Shown: positions 37,053 through 46,076 of the stretch, one piece after another | Numbering within the stretch: the stretch's first letter is position 1 | How the letters are laid out: each line of letters opens with the position of its first letter | Assembly (NCBI RefSeq): GCF_020402505.1 | Contig: NZ_JADBZL010000023.1 | Span: 3,623-67,622, forward strand | Origin: Phenylobacterium sp. | GTDB lineage: Bacteria; Pseudomonadota; Alphaproteobacteria; Caulobacterales; Caulobacteraceae | DNA: 64,000 bases | Direction of reading: 5' to 3' | Position numbers and translations under genes: made by a program | The notes under the pieces: model-generated | The model's database searches: none | Told to the model about the DNA's origin: nothing | Seen by the model: only the letters and a program-made list of their open reading frames with translations

Positions 37053-38449
37053 TCCGCCCCGGCGGCGAGCGCGGCTTCGTCACGGTCGACGGCCGTCGCG
37101 TCCTGATCCGTCGTTACGGACGCGGCCCTGCGGTCTTTGTGATCCACGGCTCGCCCCAGTCCTCGCGCGCCGTCGAGGCCGTGTGTCAGACCCTCGCCGC
37201 GCGCGGCCTGACCGCCATAGCCCCGGACACGCCGGGGGCCGGAGCTTCGGATCCCCTGCCCCTTGCAGACCCCGACAGCGCCGACTTCGCCGCCGCCCTG
37301 CACCGCCTGACCGGGACGCTGGGCCTTTCCCGTGTTGGCCTTTACGGCTTTCACACCGGGGCCGCGACCGCCGCAACCTTTGCGGCCCTGTTCCCTCAGA
37401 ACACCGCCGCTCTTGTCTGTGACGGCCTGCCCGCGTGGACCGAAACCGAACGCGCCCGCTTTCTCGCGGACTATCTGACGCCCTTCGAACCGAGGTGGGA
37501 CGGCTCCCACATGGCCTGGCTGTGGGCGCGTATGGAGGCCCAGACCGTCTTCTTCCCCTGGCACTCGACCGCCCCTTCAGAGCGCATGTCGATGGCCGTC
37601 TCCAGCCCGGAGCAAATCCATGCCAACGCTATGGACCTCCTGGCCGCGGGAGATTGCTATCGCCCGGTCTATCGCGCCGCCTTTACGTTCCGGGCCGAGA
37701 CCGTTGTTGCTCGCCTGCCGTCCACCGCCCTCGTCGTATGCGCCGCCTCCGACGTCCTCGCCACCCATCTTGACCGCCCGGCGCTCGCTGGTCGTGGCCT
37801 GATCCTGCCGGACATGCCGAACCTTCACGCCGCCGCCGCCGACCACCTCGCGGCCCATCCTGGTGAGCCGGCTCCCAATCACCTCGAGGGCGGTTTCCTC
37901 GCGCTCGGCGACGAGCGCCTCGCGATCCACCGCCTCTCCGAAGGGCCCGGCTGCCCGCTCGTAATCCTCCACGACGCCGGCGGTTCAGCCGAAGATCTGA
38001 CAGCGCCGACCGACCGCCCCGTCATCGCGCTGGATCTCCCTGGCCACGGACTTTCTGCAGAGGGCTGGCACGGTCCCGTTGACTGGCCCGGGATCGTCCG
38101 CACCGTGCTAAACGCGTTGAACCTCTCTGACGCCGAGGTCTCCGGCGTGGGCGCCGGCTCTGTGCTCGCATCCGCCCTGTCCGGCGCGGCGCCCATGCCC
38201 TGCCGTGTCCTCGGCGTGCCAAATCCCCCGCCGAAGCTGTCGCCCCAATGGGACGGCGCCCACCTGATCCGCGCCTTCCGCATCGCCTCATGGGAGCGGC
38301 TGTTCGACCCTTGGCACCGCCGCGACCCTGCTCATCGCATCCACCGTCCGTCAGACCTCAGCGCCGTCCATGCCCGAGCAGTCAGTCTGCTCCTCGCCCA
38401 ACAGAGATGGTCCGCCCTGGAGACATGGGCGGTTCAAAACGCGCCCTGA
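37049..38449 (+). CDS. Two-domain alpha/beta-hydrolase-fold protein
   Basis: IHGSP, APDTPG.G.S, GFHTGA elbow, and a second module LHDAGG...DLPGHG. GTG start overlaps the upstream TGA. Confidence 0.8.
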   Translation: MIRPGGERGFVTVDGRRVLIRRYGRGPAVFVIHGSPQSSRAVEAVCQTLAARGLTAIAPDTPGAGASDPLPLADPDSADFAAALHRLTGTLGLSRVGLYGFHTGAATAATFAALFPQNTAALVCDGLPAWTETERARFLADYLTPFEPRWDGSHMAWLWARMEAQTVFFPWHSTAPSERMSMAVSSPEQIHANAMDLLAAGDCYRPVYRAAFTFRAETVVARLPSTALVVCAASDVLATHLDRPALAGRGLILPDMPNLHAAAADHLAAHPGEPAPNHLEGGFLALGDERLAIHRLSEGPGCPLVILHDAGGSAEDLTAPTDRPVIALDLPGHGLSAEGWHGPVDWPGIVRTVLNALNLSDAEVSGVGAGSVLASALSGAAPMPCRVLGVPNPPPKLSPQWDGAHLIRAFRIASWERLFDPWHRRDPAHRIHRPSDLSAVHARAVSLLLAQQRWSALETWAVQNAP

Positions 38450-38562
38450 AGGGGACTCGAACGATACGGACGTCTAGGTGCAAAGCGTTGCCTGATGTCG
38501 AAGTCGAGCGGCTCAATCGGGATGACGAGGTGGACCCAGCGAACCGTGTCCTTCACCGGGTC

Positions 38563-39870
38563 TCAGGCCGCCGGATCCGCCGTTTGCCCCGCTGCAGCCA
38601 GGCCTTCCGTCCGATCCCCACCGAAATTGCGGTACCTGCCCATCAAGAGCAGCAGCGCCGCCCCGGCAACCAGCCCCAAAGCCGAGTACAGCAGGATCGT
38701 CTCATAGCTGCCGGTCCGATCGAAGTACTGGCCGAAGATCACCGGCCCGACGCCGGCCCCCAGCGCGAAGAAGCCGTACAGCGCGCCATAGATGCCGCCA
38801 TAGCTCTTCAGCCCGAAGTAGCGCGCCACCATAAAGGCCATCAGATCGAATTCCACACCCGCCGCGAACCCGATCAGTACGATTGACAGGCCCGCGATAA
38901 GCGGGTCGGTTGTTCCGGCAGCCAGGAGCCAACAGGCCACGGCGGGCGCGCTCAGGAATACAAAGGCCACACCCGGCGCCCAGAAGCGGTCGATCAGCCA
39001 GCCGCCCAAGAGCCGACCTCCGATCACCGACAGACCGATAAGCGAGGCGAGCGAAACTATATCCCCGGCTTCGAAGCCATTGGAGCGCAAGATGTTCTCG
39101 ATGTTCGGGATCGGTCCCCCGACCGCGAAGCTGATCGGCACGAAGGCGACCGCCAGAATCCAGAAACGCCAGTCACGCAGAGCCTCCCCGAAGCTCTTTC
39201 CCGGCGTCACGGCCTTGCGCTCCGCATCCGCCGCACGCCGCTCGGCCGCCGTGACGGTCCTGCCGCCCACGTCGTGGAAGAAGATGAAGGCGACCGGGAG
39301 GGCGATCAGAAGCGGCAAGGCCGCCACACCCAGATAGGCGATCCGCCAGCCGAACTCTTCCACCAGCCAGGCCGTGTAGGGCTTGCATGCGAAACCAAAC
39401 AGACCGGTGCCCACCAGCGACAGTCCGAGCGCCAACCCCTTGTGCACCTCGAACCGGTTGTTCACCGCCCGCGTCCAGGTCACCGGCAGGGTGCCCGCGC
39501 CAACTAGCGCCATGACGCCCCAGGTCACGTAGAAGAGCATGATGTCGCCGTTGCTCGCCGCGAACCCCGCGAAGGCCAGGCCGAACAGCAGCAGCGACAA
39601 CAGAGCCACCGTCCGTACGCCGATCCGGTCCGCCAGCAGCCCCACCAGCGGGCTCGCCAACAGCACGGCGAACGTCATGATCGGAAGCCCGCCGAGGATC
39701 TCGGCGAAGCCCCAGCCAAACTCTCTGGCCAGCTCCGGGGCCAGGACGCCAATGGTGTAAAACGGCAGCGGCGACAGACCGAGCCCGATGCCAAGCATGG
39801 CGGACACCACGACGGGCCAGCCCAGCTTGAACTCACCGTATCCGGCCTTCGCCCCAGACTTTTCTTGCAT
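38563..39870 (-). CDS. MFS transporter
   Basis: About 12 hydrophobic helices and the MFS loop motifs GLLADRIG and GWLIDRF. Confidence 0.92.
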   Translation of the reverse strand: MQEKSGAKAGYGEFKLGWPVVVSAMLGIGLGLSPLPFYTIGVLAPELAREFGWGFAEILGGLPIMTFAVLLASPLVGLLADRIGVRTVALLSLLLFGLAFAGFAASNGDIMLFYVTWGVMALVGAGTLPVTWTRAVNNRFEVHKGLALGLSLVGTGLFGFACKPYTAWLVEEFGWRIAYLGVAALPLLIALPVAFIFFHDVGGRTVTAAERRAADAERKAVTPGKSFGEALRDWRFWILAVAFVPISFAVGGPIPNIENILRSNGFEAGDIVSLASLIGLSVIGGRLLGGWLIDRFWAPGVAFVFLSAPAVACWLLAAGTTDPLIAGLSIVLIGFAAGVEFDLMAFMVARYFGLKSYGGIYGALYGFFALGAGVGPVIFGQYFDRTGSYETILLYSALGLVAGAALLLLMGRYRNFGGDRTEGLAAAGQTADPAA

Positions 39871-40029
39871 GCCGGTCCCGTTCAGTGGGTAAAATGTAAA
39901 TCCATTTGCCGATGGATTCCCGACCAATGCAAGAGCCGACCGCCGCGACGCTGTCCGTGATCTTCCCTCGAATTAGTGGACGGGGTTTAGCCGATCGGCG
40001 CTCGGCGTCGGATGGGCTGATATAGTCCA

Positions 40030-40170
40030 TGACCTGCCCCCCTTTCTGATCCGTCGATTTGAGTGAGAGTCTGTCACAGCAAGGAGACGGACGTGAAGAG
40101 GAGCAGGTTCAAGGAGACGCAGTTCATTGGCGCGCTGCGGGAGCAGGAGGCCGGAAGCCCGACCGCGGAA
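40030..40170 (+). mobile_element. IS3-family left-end remnant (same group as 2029-3133)
   Basis: TGACCTGCCCCCC...GATTTGAGTGAGAGTC...GGAGACGGAC, then (V)[25 protein letters not shown], then truncated. Confidence 0.82.
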
Positions 40171-40194
40171 TTGCCTTTGCAAGCCCGCAAGAGC

Positions 40195-40218
40195 AAATGA
40201 TATAGGATTATATCTTTT
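40195..40218. promoter_or_regulatory. Operator motif A
   Basis: AAATGATATA-GGAT-TATATCTTTT upstream of the leuC-like gene. Confidence 0.82.
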
Positions 40219-40250
40219 GCGCGGTCAGCCCGCGCCACTAAGGGGTTCGG

Positions 40251-41561
40251 ATGGCTGGAGCCAAGGCCACAAGGGGTCGCACGCTTGTCGAGAAGATCGC
40301 CGCCAAGGCGTCGGGTCAAAAAGACGCGCGCGCGGGCGATCTGGTGACGGCCGAGGTGGACCTCTGCTTCGCGCATGACAGCTCTGGACCACGCCGCTGG
40401 GCGCCGATGCTGGCGGAGATTGGGCGCGGCCTGTGGGATCCGTCCAAGGTCGTGATCGCGTCGGATCACTACGTGCCTGCGGTTGACGCCGAGAGCGCAG
40501 CTATTTTGAGCCTGACACGCCGGTTCGCTGCCGAACATGCCGTGGGCCGCTTCTACGACATGGAAGGAATCGGCCATATGCTGCTGGCCGAACGGGGACT
40601 GGTGCGGCCTGGCATGCTCGTGGCGGGGGGCGACAGCCATACGCCTATGGCCGGCGCCTTCGGGGCCTATGCCGCCGGCTACGGAGCGACAGATATGGCG
40701 GCGATCGCTGCAACGGGTCGCACCTGGCTGGAAGTGCCCGCGACGATCAGGGTGGAGTGGTCCGGGGCCCTGGCGGACGGGGTGACGGCCAAGGACGTGA
40801 TGCTGTTCCTGTGCCGCGAACTGGGCATGGACAATGCCTTCCGCGCGGTGGAGTTCGCCGGTCCGATGGTCGAGGCCATGTCGATGCCCGAGCGGCTGGT
40901 CTTGACCAATATGGCCGCCGAGCTGGGAGCCGAAACCGGGATCGTGGCGCCGGACGCGACCACCCTTGCCTGGCTGAGGGAGGTCGGAGCGCCGGTCGAG
41001 GATGAGGCGGCGGCGCAGGCCTGGACGTCCGATCCGGACGCGGACTATATCGCTTTACACCGGTTCGACGCGGGCGCCCTCGAACCCATGATCGCCCTGC
41101 CCCACTCCCCCGCCAACAGTGTGTCGGTCGCCAGCGCCGCTGGTCGCCGAATTGACCAAGCCTATGTCGGAGCCTGCGTGGGAGCAAAGCTGGAAGACCT
41201 GCACATGGCCTCGCGGGTGCTGGCGGGCCAAAGGATAGCGCCTGGCGTGCGGTTGCTCGTCGCCCCGGCGTCGTCGCGGGTTACGGAGGCCGCCGCGCGA
41301 GATGGGACCCTGGCCTGTCTGATGGCTGCCGGGGCCACCCTTTTGCCGTCGGGTTGCGGGGCCTGCGCGGGGATGGGCGCGGGCCTGCTGGCCGATGGCG
41401 AGGTTTGCATCTCGACGACCAATCGGAATTTCAAGGGCCGGATGGGCCATGCAGGAGCCGAGGTCTATCTCGGCTCGCCCTATAGTGTGGCGGCGGCGGC
41501 CGTCGCTGGAAGGATCATCGATCCGCGGGGTTACCTCGGTCAACGGAGGGCGGCGGCATGA
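40251..41561 (+). CDS. LeuC/DmdA/HacA-like aconitase-family hydratase large subunit
   Basis: DH.VP, GGDSHT, three cluster Cys (GACVG, GCGAC) and STTNRNFKGRMG. Confidence 0.9.
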   Translation: MAGAKATRGRTLVEKIAAKASGQKDARAGDLVTAEVDLCFAHDSSGPRRWAPMLAEIGRGLWDPSKVVIASDHYVPAVDAESAAILSLTRRFAAEHAVGRFYDMEGIGHMLLAERGLVRPGMLVAGGDSHTPMAGAFGAYAAGYGATDMAAIAATGRTWLEVPATIRVEWSGALADGVTAKDVMLFLCRELGMDNAFRAVEFAGPMVEAMSMPERLVLTNMAAELGAETGIVAPDATTLAWLREVGAPVEDEAAAQAWTSDPDADYIALHRFDAGALEPMIALPHSPANSVSVASAAGRRIDQAYVGACVGAKLEDLHMASRVLAGQRIAPGVRLLVAPASSRVTEAAARDGTLACLMAAGATLLPSGCGACAGMGAGLLADGEVCISTTNRNFKGRMGHAGAEVYLGSPYSVAAAAVAGRIIDPRGYLGQRRAAA

Positions 41562-42070
41562 CCCTACCCGACAGCGGCCGTGCCTTCGTGTTCGGCGACC
41601 AGATCGATACCGACCTCCTGGCGCCAGGCCACCTGATGAAGCTCGATCCAGACGCTCTGGCAAGCCACTGCCTGGAGGCCATCAATCCGACGTTCGCGAG
41701 CAGCGTACGCGCGGGAGACTTCGTCGTGGCCGGGCTGAACTTCGGTCTGGGGTCGTCGCGCGAGCAGGCCGCAGTCTCGCTGAAGCGCCTGGGGGTGCGA
41801 GCCGTCATCGCCCGGTCTTTCGCGCGAATCTTCTGGCGCAATGCCATCAACCTGGGCCTACCTGCGATAACTCTCGCCGCCGCGCACGAGATCATGGCCG
41901 GCGACCGGCTGAGCCTCGATCTGCAGGCGGGCGAACTGATCAATGAGACTTCGGGTCGGGTCTATGCGTTCGCCCCCTTCCCCGACCACCTGACGGCGAT
42001 GATGCGCGATGGAGGGCTGATCGCCCATCTGAAGCGTTCCGCCTCTGAACCCTCGGGAGCCGCATCGTGA
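41558..42070 (+). CDS. LeuD/DmdB-like hydratase small subunit
   Basis: FGDQIDTD, NFGLGSSREQA and SFARIFWRNAINLGL. Confidence 0.9.
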   Translation: MTLPDSGRAFVFGDQIDTDLLAPGHLMKLDPDALASHCLEAINPTFASSVRAGDFVVAGLNFGLGSSREQAAVSLKRLGVRAVIARSFARIFWRNAINLGLPAITLAAAHEIMAGDRLSLDLQAGELINETSGRVYAFAPFPDHLTAMMRDGGLIAHLKRSASEPSGAAS

Positions 42071-42945
42071 GCCTGAAGGCCCGCCTGACAACGCCGGGAC
42101 CGGCGGTCCACGCACCGGGTGCATTCGACGCTCTGTCGGCCCTGCTGATCCAGCAGGCGGGCTTTGAGGCCATCTACTTGTCCGGCGCGTCTATCGCTTA
42201 CACCCAACTTGGACGGCCGGACCTTGGGCTGGTTAGCTTCGACCACGTCGCAGATGTGGTGGCCCGCATCTGCGAGCGGGTGGACATTCCCCTGATCGTC
42301 GATGCCGATACGGGCTTCGGGAACGCCCTGAACGTGGCGCGTACGGTCAAGGTTTTCGAGCGTAACGGGGCCCGCGCCATTCAGCTGGAGGATCAGACGT
42401 TCCCGAAACGCTGCGGACACCTTGCCGGCAAGGGCGTGACCTCGACGAAGGACATGGTCGGCAAGATCCATGCGGCGCTGGATGCCAAGAGATTCGACGA
42501 GACCCTGATCATCGCCCGGACCGACGCCATCGCGGTGGAGGGATTCGAACCCGCACTGGAGAGAGCGGTCGCCTATGCAGAGGCGGGCGCGGACGTTGTC
42601 TTTGTCGAGGCCCCGCGCGACCAGGAGCAGATGAAGTGCATCGTGACGACGCTCGGCCGCACGCCCGCCATGGCCAATATGGTCGAGGGCGGAAAGACGC
42701 CGATACTGACCCGGGACGCCCTGGGAGAGATTGGCTTCAGGCTGGTTATCAGCCCTGGCGCCCTCGTGCGCGCCCTGATCCCTGCGGCGGAGAGCTTCCT
42801 GAGGACGCTCGGGACGGAAGGGTCGACCGTCAGCTACAGGGACAGGATGACGGACCTCGCCGGGGTAAACGCCCGAATCGGCCTGGAGGAGATGTTGGCG
42901 CTCGGCGACCGCTACGAGCGGGAGCGAGAGGAAGCGGCAGAGTGA
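42067..42945 (+). CDS. Isocitrate lyase/PEP mutase family C-C lyase (2,3-dimethylmalate/methylisocitrate lyase-like)
   Basis: DADTGFG, LEDQ.FPKRCGH, IARTDA, FVEA and ANMVEGGKTP. Confidence 0.9.
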   Translation: MSLKARLTTPGPAVHAPGAFDALSALLIQQAGFEAIYLSGASIAYTQLGRPDLGLVSFDHVADVVARICERVDIPLIVDADTGFGNALNVARTVKVFERNGARAIQLEDQTFPKRCGHLAGKGVTSTKDMVGKIHAALDAKRFDETLIIARTDAIAVEGFEPALERAVAYAEAGADVVFVEAPRDQEQMKCIVTTLGRTPAMANMVEGGKTPILTRDALGEIGFRLVISPGALVRALIPAAESFLRTLGTEGSTVSYRDRMTDLAGVNARIGLEEMLALGDRYEREREEAAE

Positions 42946-43892
42946 ACCGCTCCGATCCCAACCTCTACGACCACTGGCCCTATCGCGACCGGCCGAAGAT
43001 CACCTGGCCGGGCGGCAAGGCCCTGGCCTTCTGGATCGCGCCCAACATCGAATTCTACGAGTTCGACCCGCCGGTGAACCCGGCGCGACCCGGCTGGCCG
43101 CGCCCGGCCCCGGATGTGGTTGGCTATTCCCAGAGGGACTGGGGCAATCGGGTCGGGCACTGGCGGCTTCAGGACCTGCTGGACCGGCACGGGCTGAGGG
43201 GGTCCGTATCGCTGTCGATCGGGCTGATCGACCACCACCCCGAGATCATCGAAGCAGCCAACGCGCGGGGCTGGGAGTTCTTCAGCCACGGTATCTACAA
43301 CACCCGCTACTCCTACGGCATGGACGAGGCCCAGGAACGGGCGATTCTGGTCGACTCGATCCGCTCGGTCGAGGCCGCGACGGGCCAGCGCATCCGGGGT
43401 TATCTGGCGCCTGCCCTGACGCACACGGCGCGGACCCTTGATCTGCTCGGCGAGCACGACTTCTGGTATTCCTGCGACTTGTTCCAGGATGACCAGCCCC
43501 AACCACTGAAGACGAGATCCGGGCGGCTGGTCTCCATGCCCTATTCGCTCGAGGTCAACGACGTCATCGGCTACTCGGTGATGGGCTTGGACCCTTGGCG
43601 ATATGCCGACATCCTGAAGCGTCATTTCGACCAGCTGCTGGCCGAGGGGCGCGAGAGCGGAACGGTGATGTGCATACCGCTGCACGCTTATCTGGTCAGC
43701 CAGCCGCATCGTATCCGGGCCTTCGAGAACGCGCTGGAGCACATAATGGACCACCGCGATGATGTCTGGTTCGCGACGGGGTCGGAGATCGCGGCTCACT
43801 ACCTGGAGCACTGCTGGGATCAGACGGTGGCGGACATTCAGCGGCGCGGCCTGGCGACAGGCGGATATGGGTTCGACGATGCCGCTGCCTGA
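42942..43892 (+). CDS. Polysaccharide-deacetylase-fold (PuuE-like) protein
   Basis: WPGGKALAFWIAPNIE, RDWGNRVG.WR, PYSLEVND and PLH..LVSQP.R. Confidence 0.88.
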   Translation: MNRSDPNLYDHWPYRDRPKITWPGGKALAFWIAPNIEFYEFDPPVNPARPGWPRPAPDVVGYSQRDWGNRVGHWRLQDLLDRHGLRGSVSLSIGLIDHHPEIIEAANARGWEFFSHGIYNTRYSYGMDEAQERAILVDSIRSVEAATGQRIRGYLAPALTHTARTLDLLGEHDFWYSCDLFQDDQPQPLKTRSGRLVSMPYSLEVNDVIGYSVMGLDPWRYADILKRHFDQLLAEGRESGTVMCIPLHAYLVSQPHRIRAFENALEHIMDHRDDVWFATGSEIAAHYLEHCWDQTVADIQRRGLATGGYGFDDAAA

Positions 43893-44781
43893 GGAGCATC
43901 TTATCTATCCACACCGGCGACGGGGCATGGACCAGTCGCTCTACGACTGGCGGCCGGCGACGGCGCGGCCCAGGGGGCGCTGGCCCGGCGACCGCGAGAT
44001 GGCGATCATGATTGTGATGCCGGTCGAGTGGCACATGCTTGATCCTTCGGGAAAGCCGTTCAAGCATCCCGGCGCCATGCAGACCGCATGGCCGGACCTC
44101 CGGCACTACACGACAAGAGACTATGGCCCCCGCGTGGGGGGCTTCCGCCTGCTACGGGCGCTGAAGGAGGCGGGGCTGAAGGCGACTGTCCCGGTGAACG
44201 GAATCGCGTTGGAGCGTTACCGGCCGCTGGTCGAGGCGGCGCTGGAGGACGGGCACGAGATCGCAGCTCACGGCTGGTCTACGGATGCGATCCATCATTC
44301 GGGTTTGTCCGAGGGCGAAGAGAGGGCGCTGGTGGCGCGCGCACGCGAAGCCTTCGAGCGCGTGGGCCTGAAGCCCCGCACGTGGATGAGCCCGGCACGG
44401 CAGCAGTCATTCCGCACCCTGTCGCTGATCGCCGAGGCAGGCTTCGACGTCTGCCTGGACTGGGAGCAGGACGAGGTGCCGGTGGTGATGACCACCGACG
44501 CCGGGATGGTTCACGCCGTGCCGTTGATGAACGAGCTTGACGACCGGACGCTGCTGATCGATCGGCGACAGACAGAAGACGCGTGGATCGATCAGGTGCT
44601 GGAGGCGGCGACCTATCTGAAGGCCGACGCCGGAACCGAAGACCGGCGGGTGCTGGGCTTTACCCTGACGAGCTACGTCGCGGGCCAGCCGTTCCGGATG
44701 AGCGCCGTGCGCCGCATGCTCGCGGGTCTGGCGGAAGTTCGGGCGTGGTCTGCGACGGCGAGCGAGATCGCGGCCGCCTGA
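43879..44781 (+). CDS. Polysaccharide-deacetylase-fold (PuuE-like) protein, divergent paralog
   Basis: RDYGPRVG.FR, EIAAHG and NELDD. Confidence 0.82.
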   Translation: MPLPEEHLIYPHRRRGMDQSLYDWRPATARPRGRWPGDREMAIMIVMPVEWHMLDPSGKPFKHPGAMQTAWPDLRHYTTRDYGPRVGGFRLLRALKEAGLKATVPVNGIALERYRPLVEAALEDGHEIAAHGWSTDAIHHSGLSEGEERALVARAREAFERVGLKPRTWMSPARQQSFRTLSLIAEAGFDVCLDWEQDEVPVVMTTDAGMVHAVPLMNELDDRTLLIDRRQTEDAWIDQVLEAATYLKADAGTEDRRVLGFTLTSYVAGQPFRMSAVRRMLAGLAEVRAWSATASEIAAA

Positions 44782-44784
44782 CGC

Positions 44785-45381
44785 CTATTCTCCCACCGGG
44801 AGATCGGTAAGTACCTGATTCAGTTCGACGTAATGACCGTCGGGATCATAAACCGACGAGAAGCTCACGCGGATCACGCTGGTCCCGTCGTAGCCGGGGT
44901 AGGTCACCACATGAGGCGTCTCCCCCACCCGGACGCCCGGCGAGGCGACGGCGCGGGCGAAGACCTCTTCCTGGTTCTCGACGTTGAACACGAGCACGAT
45001 GTCGCCGGGATTCAGCAAGTTGTCGTCCGGGGCGCGCTTGGGCCGGGGCTGGCGTTCAGGCCTAGTGTATTCCATCAGGCCGAGGATGCCGATGTAGTCG
45101 TTGTTGGCGCGCAGGAAGACGAGCCGCAAAGACTGCTCGGCCGACTCGTCGTTCTTGGCGTCTCGCGGCGTACGGATCACGTTGTCATAGATCGGCACGA
45201 GACCGATCGCTCGGTAAAAGGCCAGAGATGCCTCGATGTCGCGCACCACCAGGGTGGTGCGCCGCAGGTCCAGCGGAACACGCTGGTCGGCCGACACCCG
45301 CTCGGGAGCGGGCGCGGCAATTGCACCGGCGCCACAGGCCGAGGTCGCCACGACCAAAGCCAACATCAGGGCGCGGATCAT
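44785..45381 (-). CDS. VOC family protein with signal peptide
   Basis: Hydrophobic N-terminus, RRTTLVVRDIEASLAFY and YDPDGHYVELN. Confidence 0.8.
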   Translation of the reverse strand: MIRALMLALVVATSACGAGAIAAPAPERVSADQRVPLDLRRTTLVVRDIEASLAFYRAIGLVPIYDNVIRTPRDAKNDESAEQSLRLVFLRANNDYIGILGLMEYTRPERQPRPKRAPDDNLLNPGDIVLVFNVENQEEVFARAVASPGVRVGETPHVVTYPGYDGTSVIRVSFSSVYDPDGHYVELNQVLTDLPVGE

Positions 45382-46076
45382 CGGGCGGTCTCCAGGTGGT
45401 TCAGGACATCGGCCGCCGGCAGGACATCGGCGTACTTCAGCAGCAGGTCCGTCAGGTTGGCGTAGTGGTAGCTCTCGTGCTTGTCGGCGACGCATTCGAC
45501 CGGGACGATCGTCCGGTATCCGCGCGACAGGCTTTCCACGGCCGTGGCGCGAACACAGCCCGAGGTCGAGCCACCGGTGACGATCACCGTGTCGATGCGA
45601 TGCCAGATCAGGTAGCTCTGCAGCGGCGTCTCGTGAAATGCCGACGGCATGCGCTTGTCGAAGATCAGGTCGACCTCGCAGTCGGGCCGAGCGCGCGGAT
45701 CAAACGCGTGACGGTCCGAGCCGAACCGGATGTTCTGCAGGCTGTCGGGCGTGTCGCTCCGTGTGCCCCACACGCCCGCGTCACCGCCGTCGGGCTTGTA
45801 ACAGACGCGGGTCCAGACGACCGGCAGACTTGCGGCGCGAGCAGCTTCGCTGATCCGGTTGATCCAGGCTATCTGGTCCGGGTCAGTCACGTAGGCTGTC
45901 TTCGGAAAAAGGTCTGGCCGGGTGTAAGCTTGCTGCACATCGACATTGACAACAGCGGATCGCTGGCCGAAGCCGAAACTCCGGCGCGCCGGGCTCGCCC
46001 GCACTTCCTCATAGATCAGTCTAGCGGGCCGGTCGTCGCGGGTCATCGTGGGTTCGAAACGCAGATCGCCCATCAT
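45378..46076 (-). CDS. Isochorismatase-family amidohydrolase (maleamate amidohydrolase NicF / N-carbamoylsarcosine amidase-like)
   Basis: VDVQ (Asp), DKR.PSAF (Lys), TSGCVRAT (Cys) and H.ANL.D...KYADV. Confidence 0.87.
   Translation of the reverse strand: MMGDLRFEPTMTRDDRPARLIYEEVRASPARRSFGFGQRSAVVNVDVQQAYTRPDLFPKTAYVTDPDQIAWINRISEAARAASLPVVWTRVCYKPDGGDAGVWGTRSDTPDSLQNIRFGSDRHAFDPRARPDCEVDLIFDKRMPSAFHETPLQSYLIWHRIDTVIVTGGSTSGCVRATAVESLSRGYRTIVPVECVADKHESYHYANLTDLLLKYADVLPAADVLNHLETAR

Noticed and set aside
40251-42070. Leucine biosynthesis leuCD
   Set aside because: No leuA or leuB nearby, an altered active-site motif and a catabolic operator context. Labelled LeuCD-like only.
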